A stretch of 64,000 nucleotides of DNA from Isurus oxyrinchus (lineage: Eukaryota): assembly GCA_026770705.1 (NCBI GenBank), contig JANJGN010000052.1, positions 3,472,001 to 3,536,000 of the forward strand. Reading direction: 5' to 3'. A program made the position numbers and the translations under genes. The notes beneath the pieces were generated by a model. The model made no database searches and was not told the DNA's origin. It saw only the letters and a list, made by a program, of their open reading frames with translations. Shown in pieces: positions 1 to 11,709 of this stretch (position 1 is its first letter; every line of letters begins with the position of its first letter).

Positions 1-110
1 TTGTAGGGACTGGAGGAGGCTCCTGAGATAGGGAGGGTTGTAGGGACTGGAGGAGGCTCCTGAGATAGAGAGGGTTGTAGGGACTGGAGGAGGCTCCTGC
101 GATAGGGAAT
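1..110. repeat. 37-bp tandem repeat (GGGAGGGTTGTAGGGACTGGAGGAGGCTCCTGAGATA), about 3 copies
   Basis: Repeat is directly visible; a degenerate array of the same family lies at ~38530-39170. Confidence 0.8.
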
Positions 111-179
111 GTTGCCGTGGATGAAGATAAAGGAGGAGATTACTGTAATAGGGAGGAAAAATATTCAATAATTTGGACA

Positions 180-1165
180 TTGAGACTTTGCTTGACCAGG
201 AGCCAGTCTCGGTCATCGAGCAGAGCGGGTGATAAGGGAACGGGACTTGGTGTGAGTAAGGACGTGGTCAGCAGTTTTGGATGGCCTCAAGTTTATGGAG
301 TGTAGAGCATGTGTTGGAACAGTCGAGTCTGGAGGTAATGAAGGCGTGGATGAGGGTTTCAGCAGCAGATGAGCTGAGACAGGGTGAAGTCGTACGACGT
401 TATGGAGGTGGAAATAGACGGTGTTAGTGAGGGCGCAGATATGAGGCCGGAAGCTCATCTCAGGATCAAATGGGACAACAAAGCTGTGAACAGATTGGCT
501 TCAATCTCAGAGAGCTGCCAGGGAGAGGAATGGAGTTGGTAGCGAGGGAACAGAGTTTGGATCGGGGAATGAAGACAATGGCTTCAGTCTTTCCAATATT
601 TAATTGGAGGGAATTTCTGCCCATCCAGTACTGGATGTCGGATAAGCAGCCTGATAATTTAGCAGCAGTGGAGGAGTCGAGAGAGGTGGTGGTGAGGTAG
701 AGCTGGGGATCCGCAGTGGACAGGTGAAAACTAATACTGTTCAGATGATGCTGCAAAGCCATTGCAAGTGATTCTCTGGCTACGATGAGATGGATAAGAA
801 TGGAGCCAGGGGAGAGCAGTTCCACCCAGCTGGACGACAGTGGAGAGGGGTTGGAGGAGGATGGTGTGGTCGAGCGTGTCAAAGGCTGCAGACAGATCGA
901 GAAGGACGAGGAGGGAAAGTTGACCTTTGTCACAGTCACACAGGATGCCATTTGTGACCTTGATAAGAGCTGTTTCAGCACAGTGGCTGGGGTGGGAACC
1001 TGATTGGAGGGATTCAAACATGGAGTTCCGGGAAAGATGGAACCGGATTCGGGAGATGGAAACACTTTCAAGGACTTTGGAGGGGAAAGAGAGGCTGGAG
1101 ATGGGACGGGGGTTTACACGGACAGTGTGAGGGGTGGAAGGTGTAGTGGGGAGGAGACACTTCAC
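180..1165 (-). mobile_element. Degenerate L2-type LINE reverse-transcriptase fragment
   Basis: RPISSLSFPSKVLE, HCAETALIKVTNGIL, LVLLDLSAAFDTLDH, YWMGRNSLQLNIGKTEAIVF motifs spread over shifted frames. Confidence 0.85.
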
Positions 1166-1385
1166 TCAGGGGGGAGGTGTCATCACCCCTCAGCTCGGTT
1201 TACGTTACAGCTATGATGTGGATTCAATCACACACAATAAGCTCATGGATCTGGGAGCAGAAATAGACAAATCATTAAAAATAGTGACGCTGGTTAACAC
1301 AGCCAAAAAACAAGCAAATCAAACACTATTATTTCCCATTGAGTGTTGGATGTGAATTGGTGAGTAATTATAACACAGCACTTAC

Positions 1386-1763
1386 CAGAAACCTGAAGCT
1401 GGGTTACAGGGTAATAGTTATGGCTCGGACCATTGCCAAATTTTATCGTGAAAAAATAAGGTCCTGCATCTTCCCGTCTGATGTTGTTTATAATCAGGGA
1501 ACAGTCGCCATCTTTCAGGTCTCCAGACAGCCGGGTCCGATGGTGGAACTGTGATAACTCGCGACTGTGATCCTTGGAGTGAAAGGCTATAGACCATTTA
1601 GACCATTTGTTCTGTATGTATCTTCTCATTTTCCAGATTCCGACCTTTGGTTTCTTTACCAAATCTGATGGATAACTGTAATGACATGGAATCTGTACAC
1701 ACGAACCTTCCTGCGCTGTCACCTCTCGTGGAGTGTCACCTTTCCACTCTTGTGACAATCCAA
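1386..1763 (-). CDS. Unit A V-set exon, Siglec-like, essential Arg replaced by Thr (YFFTIK)
   Basis: TCTCTCCCCAG acceptor and G|GTAAGT donor; 378 nt, phase 1-1, open. EGSCVQIPC, GDCSLII and EDAGPYFF give the Siglec V-set Cys pattern (B and E strand Cys, no F-strand Cys). Confidence 0.88.
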
Positions 1764-2385
1764 CTGGGGAGAGAAATATCAATATTTAACTCTGGATGTT
1801 TTGTTGATCCACTAGACTCGATATCCACCCCCTCCATCACTCGGGCACAGTGGCTGCAGTGTGGACCATCTACAGGACACACAATGAACTCCACAAGGTA
1901 TCACACCAGATGGAAGAGAATCCTGGACACAAAAGCGGAAAAGTTCATTCTACATTGGTTCATGGTCCTCAGGACCCTGTTTGTGCAGAAGTCTGCTCTC
2001 CAACAGAACTGAAGTTGGGGACAATGCATTTGGAATTCCACTGTCCGGGGCATTGGGTTAACTTGCTGATTTTGTTTTAAATCTAACATCTATTTTTGGT
2101 CTGTTGCCTTAAAGGGACTGTAACTGGGAGTCAGGTTAATTAGGAATTTTAGGAGTTATGATAGCAGTCTTGTAGTTATGTATGTGCTTGAAATCCTTTA
2201 TTTTGATGACAAATATGTTAATTTATTGTTTTAAATCTCTGAAGGTATTGGTGGAGTTAGTGCTTCTGAATTAAGTGCACACATCTCATAATAAATACAA
2301 ATTGCAAAATCATTATGATAGTGTGACCAGGTTTCTCTCATGGACTTGGTCTGCCTGGCACACATCACCTGCCAAGTGATAACAC

Positions 2386-3678
2386 TGTTGTAATATGCCT
2401 TTCAGGGATAGCAGCATGACATCACTCGAGAGGAAGTGTGTCATGTGATTTTTAGGAGTTGGGCTTGGCTTAAGTAAGTTCGATGTGTATTTGTGTGCGT
2501 TAGGCATAATGTCTATCTTTAAGTTCAAGTTTAGTTTGTATTTCTGTATTTGGGTGTTGAGAAAAGGGGGAACTTGAGTTAAAAAGAAGCCAGCATTCCA
2601 TTGAGGTTTTATGACTGTTGAAGGGAAGTCAAAACAAATACAAGGCATAAGAAACTGTGCTGTTGCCTAGTAACAGTGATCCAGAGGGAAGGACCCACAG
2701 AGACCGAGAAAAACAGAAAAGTACTTTCAGTTCTGTTGAAAGGAGTTGCCAGGAGAAGCAGCAAAGGAGCGGGACAGATAGTCAGTCCCAAAGTAAAGAA
2801 GAAGCCAAAACTGTCGAGTTTGACAGGAGAAAGGGCCCAAGAAAACATTCTAGTCAAATCTGGAAAAGGCCCTGTAAAATGAAGTTAAGAGTGAGGAGCA
2901 GAAGAAGGCTTCAAGCATAAAGGGAGAAAGCAGCAGGACACAGGCCTAAAGCAAAATAGGCTTGTGAGAAGCCAGAAGATCCTAGGAGACACCACAGGTT
3001 GGTGACTCATTACTACGGCCATGTGAAGCCATGGTGTTCCATTGACGTGGCTGAGCATTGGAGAGACAGGGCGTGGAAGGAAGGCTGAATGCACGTGGCG
3101 ATCCAGGGGGCAGGAACATGGGAAGGAGAGTTTGAAATAGTGAAAGTGGACCCGTGTGGAAGGTGTCTGAGTGAAAGTGTCATGTTGGAGAAGATTCCAA
3201 AGTCAGTTATGGAGAGTGGAGATTGGAAACTCTCATATGAAAGAAGCTTTTCAGTGAGACTGGTTGGCTCACAGTGTAACAAGCGTCTGGGGACAGATGA
3301 GACATAGAATTTGTTTCAAGTGGGCTCTGCCACTTGCTTTCAGAATGTTGTGTCCCTGACCACAGGTCGTCTATTGGTTTACACGGACTGTGTACTTAGT
3401 GTGAACATGAGAATATAAGATAGTTATCGTAATTTGTGTTCTACTTATGTATCTGTAAAGGTATAGGTCTGGGTGAAGGAGTAATGTCATATAGTTTGTC
3501 TTTCCTAGTTTAATAAATATTTTATTCTTTTGTTAGACGTTCATCAGATGACTCCTGTGACACTGTTCAGTAGCCGCACTCCACATTCCTAAATAAAAAA
3601 TAAAAGTTAGGACCTATCAAGCTGAGCTACACCCTGGGATCTGACTTGCCCAGTAGTAACATCAGCTGGGATGGTAAC
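2386..3678. mobile_element. Probable solo LTR (also copied at ~41410-42703)
   Basis: TG...GTAACA termini with an internal AATAAA; a related fragment lies at 21120-21650. No convincing TSD. Confidence 0.5.
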
Positions 3679-3889
3679 ACCATCCAGTCCAAGTTTCACT
3701 TTGGCCTGTGAGCAGAACACAGCTCACACAGTTTGGCTGCAGGTGTCTCCCAGCTTTCTATCCTTGTATATCTGTTCTCATGTCCCTGTTCTAAATATCT
3801 GAACCCACAATGTATTTACCCAATGCCGTATCAGTGACTGGTGCCTTTATATCATTATAAAAACATAACATGGTGATCAGTGGTGGCCA

Positions 3890-5655
3890 AACATTCTGGC
3901 AGCAAGATTCAGTACAGGTATGACGTGGTGAACAGCCTGAGATCGAGCTACATGACATGAGACGACCCTCGACGCTTTGGTCAGACCACAACAGAGACAC
4001 AGCATCAGAGAGGGTTGAAATCGCAGTGTACTGACTGCTCAGGAATCCTTTGAAGACACAGTGACGGGAAAGAGCTCAAGTAAAGAGCTGGGGAGCAGAC
4101 GCATCCCTCGTGGTGAGATTACAGCACACGGCCTGTAGGTCAGTGAGTGGGACAGTGTGTATCGCCAGGACCAGCAGCGGGTTAGCTCAGTCAGGGAAAG
4201 CGAGTGACCAGGGTGTGGGCTGGATCGATAGTGAGCGAGGGAGAGTCAAACACACAAAAACCATTGTAAAAATCAGCCCAGAGAAGTTAGTGATTATAAC
4301 GGGCGGCTTCGAGATTGCTGAACAGCAAATTGAATAAAAAACAAAGACTCCATTACTCCGTGGTGTGTTCCTGCCACAACCCGTCTTCGTGGGCGGAGCT
4401 TCGGAAAAGCACATGAAAGGGGCTAAAGCGACACTCATCCCAGGTCCTGTAGGAGAAGGAAGGTCAAAGGAATATTGTCAGAATGTCCACGAAATTCCCC
4501 AGTTTGAACTGGGATGTAGCTGACCGACTATCTGAATTCAGAATGTTTAAACAGCGTACAGAGCTCTGGTTTCCTGATTCAGGTGTGACTGAACCAGACG
4601 AGCAAGCCATAAAAATTCACCTCGCGATTGGGAATGAAGGTCTACACAGGCTGAGCACATCAGGATTAACAGCAGAAGAGCGAAAAGATCCCCAATAGAT
4701 ACGGACGATATTGGAAGACAGGTTCAGAATCAGGTGAAACTCCATATTCATCAACTAGAGTTTATGTCATTTCATCAGCCTACACAATCCATAGACCACT
4801 TCATCAGCCGATGTAGAGAAAAGGGTACGCACTGTGATTTCAAACACACAGCCTGCAGACAGAGTTGTTGAGTTGGTGATTACATCCACTCCCATGGAAG
4901 CCTTCCAGAAAGATCTGCTAGATAAGACCAAAACCTACAGCATTGAAGAGCTACTCAAGGATGGACATAAATACGAAGTGATCCTCGCAGGTCAACGAAG
5001 CTTACAGGTCCTCAGTACAACATCAATTGTTGACACACTCACTAGAACATACAAACCTAGTGAGACGTGTGGAAGGTGTGGCCTTCTGCAGGCACCAAGG
5101 AAATGCCCAGCTTTCCACCAATCCTGCAAGGCTTGTGGCAGAAAGGGCCATTGACAGCGGCAGGGCACGAGAGCAAAGGCTGATGCAGCTACAAAGAGCC
5201 GTGCGCTGATCCAATCAAACCCTGCACAACGGGGAACCTTCAAGCAATAAGAATGACCATCCGCTATCCCATCAGGAACATATACATGTGGTGACTGACA
5301 AACCAGGAAATGGCGATGATGTACACGACGAGACTAGGAGCGGTGATCGATATTCCACCTCTCACACATATCCTGACGTGGCTTGCCAATAAATTGTGGA
5401 TTGTGGTCTTTATTGCTCTCTCTGGGCACATCAAATTAACTGAAAATGTTCCCATAGGGGTGGGATTTTCTGGCCCCACCCACTTCCATGATTGTCCGGT
5501 CCGGCCGAAAGCCAATGGATTTATGTCTGTCCCAGTCTCAGAAACTATCCCATCAGCTCAGTTCATGACATAACATTGAAATATGCAGACAGATTCAACA
5601 ATATTGGCAGGTTCAAGGGAGCGGCAACATTACACCTGCAGGAGAATGCAAGTCT
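3890..5655 (+). mobile_element. Gypsy LTR-retrotransposon remnant (PBS-like TGGCAGCAAG, broken gag, internal deletions)
   Basis: gag N-terminus MSTKFPSLNWD...FRMFKQR; Zn-knuckle-like CGRCG...CPAFHQSCKACGRKGH; stops and frameshifts. Confidence 0.8.
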
Positions 5656-7046
5656 TAAAGACTCCTTGCATTAAAATTAATACAATCCAACTTTGCCACG
5701 CTATCTTGAGCCTTAAATGGCCAATAATTTCTATGCCTTCCAGTTTCATTTGCTCTCTCTTCTAATTTTGGCCATGCATCTCTCTCTGTTGAACCTCCTC
5801 TCAGGATCCGATCCCCTGCCATATTAGTTTAAAGCCTCCTCAGTTGCATCAAGGGTGTAATGTCAATTGAAACCAGGGACAACATCGAAGAATGACAATC
5901 CCACAGATCAATGTGAGCAATTAAAGAAACCTCCAGACAATTTTGCCACCACAAGATCTCGATATAACAGCAGATTACCTCTACGCTTTAGAGACTCAAA
6001 TATTCAACAGATCTATACACTTATATAATTGTCAAGAAATATGAAAATGATACCAGGAACCTCTTGTTCCCTGTCCTTCTCAAAGATCCATCCCTGCAGC
6101 AGGAGCCTGAAGAGTTACTGATGTGGGGCTTAATTTATCAGATTGTAGAATGATCCGGAAATGAAGGATGCCATTTGGCCCATCGAGCCTGTGCTGGGCC
6201 TTTGAAAGATCTGTCCAATTAGTCCCACTCTAACCTCTGCTCTCTCCTCCACAGCCCTGCAAAATGTCCTCTTCAAGTATTTATCCAGTTCCCCTTCTGA
6301 AAGTTCCTGTTGAATCTGCTTCCACCGGCCTTTCAGGCAGTGAGTCAATGGTCTCTCTCTGAGCTGCAAAGTGCTAATGTTCTGAGAACTTTAAACTCTG
6401 CAGCAGATCAGAGACAATCATGATAACTCAGAATATTTGACAGTTTTACACACAGACAGCTTTACCTTCCTTCTCTCTTTCAGTTATCTTGCTCCCTTAT
6501 TGAAGTATCTAGCAAGGTGAGAATGGACAGGAAGTGTGACACTGAACAGCCTGTCTATTCTAGGAGCTGCTGTGCTGTCTTCATGGGAAATTCTGACAAA
6601 ATCAGCAAAAGAGACAAAATTTCAGGGCCTTGTTATCCGAGTCCCAGCATCAGGATAGACCTCATCCCCCAGTTGGTATTCCTGATTCTCTATTCAGCTG
6701 ATCGCTCCCCTGTCACTGGCTGAACTACACTGGCTCCCAGTCCAGCAATGACTCAAATTTCAAATTCTCATCATAGATTTCTTACCCCACCATCCCCCCT
6801 CTACACTCTCTATCTGTGTAACCTCCTCCAACCCTAAAACCCTCTGAGATCTCTGCTCTCCTCCAATTCTACTGTCAGACAGGGAGTCAGTGTATATCAG
6901 TGAGCACAGGGGTGATGGGTGAATGGGACTTGGTGTGAGTTTGTACACTGGCTCACTGCTGAATCGGTTCCCAATCACACTCAATAAGAATGATCTTTTA
7001 CAAAGACTATTAGCCATAAACCTGTCCGAGCTGACGACGTTATTAT

Positions 7047-7086
7047 CTTGGAGAAGTGACAGGAGGAAGTAGGATTTCCCGATCAT
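7047..7086 (-). pseudogene. Unit A leader coding exon (MIGKSYFLLSLLQ) with donor GT changed to AT
   Basis: CAAG|ATAATAA here versus CAAG|GTAATA in units B, D and E. Exon acceptor at 7129-7130. Confidence 0.8.
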
Positions 7087-7536
7087 TGTCCACTCCCAGA
7101 TATTTCATAAGCTTCTGACTCTCAAACTCTGAAAGAGAAAGGAGTTAATGAGACTTCACCTCTTGTCCGACAGCTCTCAAGAGATCAGAACTGTTTTTGG
7201 ACAATGTCTTGACAGACTAATTTGATTCTCTGTGGGATGATAGGTGCTCTGCAGAGAGTTACAAGGCTTGAAGAATGAAAAACATTAAAGGATTTGCATT
7301 TCTGTAGCACCTTTCACCACCTCAAGACGTCCCAAAGCTCATGTCTCTGCACTTCCCTCATCCCTTGAGCTAGAAAGATGTTCTGTACAACAGACTTGAG
7401 TCTCACACCCAGATCTCAATAACCAGTAGAAATCTTTCAAAGGCATCAATCATTGGAATCTGTCTTAAAAAAGTCACAACATCAACAAAGGGCGGTGTTG
7501 GTGGTGGAAGTGAATTCCAATCGTTCCGTTACTTAC

Positions 7537-7620
7537 CCAGGACCTGTCCGACTGCTCGCCTGGGGAGGAACTGCCCACACGCTCTGCTTGGGCTGAATGA
7601 CCTCTTCCTGTGCTGCTCCC
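7537..7620 (-). other. Unit A putative non-coding first exon
   Basis: Conserved in 5 copies, each ending CTGG|GTAAGT ~400 bp upstream of the leader exon; 5' boundary approximate. Confidence 0.6.
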
Positions 7621-7663
7621 TCTGTGTGTTTAATTAGAAAGGGTGAATGTGTCACTGTGAGAC

Positions 7664-7677
7664 AAAATGAGGAAGTG
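7664..7677. promoter_or_regulatory. PU.1/Spi-type Ets site AAAATGAGGAAGTG, unit A promoter
   Basis: Matches the A-rich GAGGAAGT consensus; same position relative to exon 1 in units B, D and E. Confidence 0.6.
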
Positions 7678-7899
7678 GGTAACCAGTGAGAAGATCGAGG
7701 ATGTTTTGTGCTCTCAGCAAAACGTTTACCATGTGATGATCTGTCAGCTCATATTTGGGCAGCTGTAGTCATGAAGCTTCTCCATTGGCTCCATGGGATT
7801 AGACTCCTCCCCCTCATCTCAGAGGCTGAAACTCAGGCGATAGAGTTCCCAATACAGGTCTCTGGCCTTATGATACATTTCAACGATCCCTGTTATCAT

Positions 7900-9665
7900 T
7901 ACGGAGGGAGTGCTGCACTGTCAGCGGGACTTTACTGTGGGAGTGCTGCACTATCAGAGGGTCAGTAATGTGGGAGTGCTGCAACATCAGAGGGTCAGTA
8001 ATGTGGGAGTGCTGCACTATCAGAGGGAAAGTAATGTGGGAGGGCTGCACTGTCACAGGGTCAGTACTGAGGGAGTGCTGCACTGTCACAGGGTCAGCAA
8101 TGTGGGAGTGCTGAACTGTCGGTGGGTCTGTACTGAGTGAGTACCGCACAGTTGGAGGGTCAGTATTGAGGGGGTGCCGGACTGTGGGAGGGTTAGTACT
8201 GAGGTAGAGTGGAGTGTGAGGAGATATCCTTTCATGGCAAATTTTAACTGGAATTTATTTAAACACAATTCTTGTACTGTGTGTTATTGCAAAAGAAAGG
8301 ATTTGAGGAACTATGTCTTGTTCCCGTAAGCCTAAAAATAATTTTCACTGATTTCAATGAGTTAGCATTGAAACCTGCCTCTTTGGGCACCAGTCTTGAT
8401 TGAAACAACTCACACAGCACAGTGGGAGAGTGAGTACTGAGGGAGTGCTGCACTGTGGGAGGGTGAGTACTGAGGGTGTGCTGCACTGTGGGAGGGTGAG
8501 TACTGAGGGAGTGCTGCACTGTGGGAGGGTGAGTACTGAGGGAGTGCTGCACTGTGGGAGGGTGAGTACTGAGGGGTTGCTGCACTGTGGGAGTGTGAGT
8601 ACTGAGGGAGTGCTGCACTGTGGGAGAGTGAGTACTGAGGGAGTGCTGCACTGTCAGAGGGTCAGTAATGAGGGAGTGCTGCACTGTCAGAGGGTCAGTA
8701 ATGTGTGAGGGCTGCACTGTCAGAGGGTCAGTAATGTGGGAGGTCTGCACTGTCAGTTGGTCAGTAATGAGGGAGTGCTGCACTATCAGAGGGTCAGTAA
8801 TGTGGGAGGGCTGCACTGTCAGAGGGTCAGTAATGTGGGAGGGCTGCACTGTCAGAGGGTCAGTAATGTGGGAGGTCTGCACTGTCAGATGGTCAGTAAT
8901 GAGGGAGTGCTGCACTGTCAGAGGGTCAGTAATGTGGGAGGGCTGCACTGTCAGAGGGTCAGTAATGTGGGAGTGCTGCACTGTCGGAGGGTCTGTACTG
9001 AGTGAGTTCCGCACAGTTGGAGGGTCAGTATTGAGGGGGTGCCGGACTGTGGGAGGGTTAGTACTGAGGTAGAGCGGAGCGTGAGGAGATATCCTTTCAT
9101 GGCAAAGTTTACCTGGAATTTATTGAAACAGAGATTCTTGTACTGTGTGTTATTGCAAAAGAAAGGATTTGAGGAACTAAGTCTTGTTCCCGTAAGCCTA
9201 AAAATAATTTTCACGGATTTCAATGATTTAGCAATGAAACCTCCCTCTTTGGGCATCAGTCTTGATTGAAACAACTCGCACAGCACTGTGGGAGGGGGAG
9301 TACAGAGGGAGGGCTGCACTGTGGGAGGGTGAGAATTGAGGGAGAGCTGCACTGTGGGAGCGTCAGTACTGAGGGAGTGCTGAACTGTCGGAAGGTCAGT
9401 AGTGAGGGAGGGATACAGTGTCAGAGGGTCAGTACTGAGGGAATGCTGCACTGTGGGTGGGTGAGTACTGAGGGAGTGCTGCACTGTCAGATTGTCAGCC
9501 ATGAGGGAGTGCTGCACTGTCAGAAGGTCAGTGCTGACCGGGTGCTGCACTTGAAAAGGGTCAATAATGAGGTAGTGCAGCACTGTCAGAGGGACAGTAA
9601 TGAGGGAGCGCTGCACTGACGGAGGGTCAGCACTGAGGAAACGCTGCACTGTCAGTTCTGAGTGT
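7900..9665. repeat. 33-bp minisatellite arrays (CAGTACTGAGGGAGTGCTGCACTGTCAGAGGGT) with two copies of a ~280-bp spacer
   Basis: Visible periodicity; unit resembles the Deu-SINE core; spacer at ~8140-8420 and ~8995-9285. Confidence 0.85.
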
Positions 9666-11494
9666 GGTCTGCACTGTTCTAAGTGCATTCTAGGCACTGC
9701 CCAAGGTTCCGCCTGATGTCTGTGTAACAACAACATCATGTACACGTCGAGAATATTTCCCACTGTTCGGTGCAGCAAGACAGCTTTGGAATGGCACCAC
9801 CACTGACAGGAGTGTGAAACTACAATGTGACATGTTTACATGGGATATTTCTATTATAAAGATGGGCACAGGAATTCGTATGATAGAGAAAATGTGACAA
9901 CATGAAGTAATGTCTTTGAGCCAAAAATTTGGCTTCAAACTAAGAATTTTAATCTATAAATATCTACAGAACAGGCTGAGCATTTTAATCACTTGTGTTA
10001 ATCAATGTAATTTTATTCATAACCCAAATGCTTCTTACAATCTATCGCAGCATGAAAAAGGTGCAGCATTCAGAAAGCACATTCCAATCGGAGAACAGAG
10101 TTTAGCAACGTCACATTTCTGTTCATTCCTATTCGACCATGTTGGCTGCACACAGCCAGACAATGCCGTGGTTATGATGTGTCCACACAGCAGGACTGGG
10201 GAGCACCAGGTATAAGGAAAAGTTTCAGCTTGCTGAGGAGAAGAAGGAGAATCTCTCGTTCCAGGTTTCTCTCCGTACATTAAGAAGCAGGCATGCCGAT
10301 GTTTCATTGCACTCTGTCTGCTGATGGGAGTCCGCTTGGAAATTGCTGTTTGTGCTGATGGAAAGAATAAGCTTTTCATAAATTGTGGGATTGAGAACAA
10401 ACACAGGGAGGATATGCTGAACATTTATAAAGCTCTGGTTAGGTCACAACTAAACTAATGCATGTGTCTGATTTTGGACATGGAACCCAATTCTGTCCTC
10501 AGGACATTGACAGATGGAGAGACCAGATACAGATCAATGCAGGAGGATTATTTATTTTCCCAATCTTTGATCCAAGCATCTCATCAAACACAGAGCGGAA
10601 CCAGGATCAAGGATGTTGGTCTCTGTAATCTGTAACACATCACACAGTCCACCCATCCACTCAGCCTTCAGGATGGATGCTAATTGTACTCTCCAAGTGT
10701 GAAAGACTAAAATTGTGGTTTATTGCAGCTGTATCTCATTCTGTTATCAAAGCTGTCTCATCCATCCATGACATATTGAAGAAGATAAACCTGCAACCAA
10801 TTTTTCACATCATAATTTCCAGTTGTTCATTGGCTATATCAATGTAAACATGTCACATTGTACTGATGAACTCCCATCATTGCTGGCACTGTAGCACATG
10901 TTATCCTCTAAGCTGCAGAGAATTTCTCAAATTTCCAATCAAATTGTTTCCCTGTTTCCCAGATTGTTGTTCGTTTCGCTGTTTAACGATGAAGTGTAAA
11001 ATCCAAATATATTTCTGAAAATACATTTGACTACAAAATGGTGAGTAAATTTTAACAATCTCCTCTGCTCCAATTATCCACCGATGCTGCATTTCCTGAA
11101 GTCTACACTGGCTGATGAATATTCTAAACACTGACAGACAGCAAGGTGAATAACAGAATGAAAATTAACTCATAATCACGGACACGGGATTGAATTTGTC
11201 CGTTCTGTCCTGGTACATCATCGAACGATATCTAAAGACATTTACAATCAGAATGGAGAGAAGGATGTTTCCAACAGTGAGGGACAATTCTGAAGGAGGA
11301 TGTTCGAATTGAAACCCACAGACAATCATCCTGGATAGATCATTCCGAAGAAATTCCATCAGATTGTAACAAGAGGTTTAAATCTATTTCCTGGGAGTGA
11401 GTTCCTGTGGATATTAGGAAGGTAAATTGGAGTTTTGAATGATTCTCCCATTCTGTATTCTCCCCACACTGTGTGTGTCTCATTCTTGCTCAGT

Positions 11495-11611
11495 TTATAA
11501 ATTCCCATAAACAGAATCCTCAGCAAAATCACAGTTTGCGTAAAGATCATCATCTGTATCAGGATTGACTCCGCGGTAAGATTTCATTTCCAGATCCTTC
11601 TCATCTTTCTT
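11495..11611 (-). CDS. Terminal cytoplasmic exon KKDEKDLEMKSYRGVNPDTDDDLYANCDFAEDSVYGNL*
   Basis: TTTCTATTACAG acceptor, phase 0, 117 nt to TAA; acidic tyrosine motifs; conserved open paralog at 54653-54769. Confidence 0.72.
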   Translation of the reverse strand, partial: KKDEKDLEMKSYRGVNPDTDDDLYANCDFAEDSVYGNL

Positions 11612-11709
11612 CTGTAATAGAAACAGAAATGATCAGAGTGACAATCAGAGTGATCAGTGTTTAGTATTATTGATCCAAATCAAAAATTCCACCCACAATA
11701 GATACATTA

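Noticed and set aside
1294-1782. V exons as rearranging Ig/TCR/IgNAR V segments
   Set aside because: They end in GTAAGT splice donors, encode their own G strand, lack the YYC motif and show no heptamer-nonamer RSS.
6484-6516. Antisense 33-nt micro-exon-like pattern (TTTCAG...AAG|GTGAGA) repeated in leader-V introns
   Set aside because: Recurrence is explained by duplication; no partner exons found on that strand.
7900-9665. CRISPR-like appearance of repeat arrays
   Set aside because: Head-to-tail tandem units without unique spacers, eukaryotic context, no cas genes.
7880-9778. TVQHSLSTDP / GVLHC repeat ORFs (also 17.9, 30.3, 43.7-45.6 kb)
   Set aside because: Translations of the 33-bp SINE-derived minisatellite.
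10600-11490. Short ORFs shared with 53.8-54.7 kb suggesting another gene
   Set aside because: No recognisable domain and indels between copies; better explained as 3'UTR/flank of the YxN exon.
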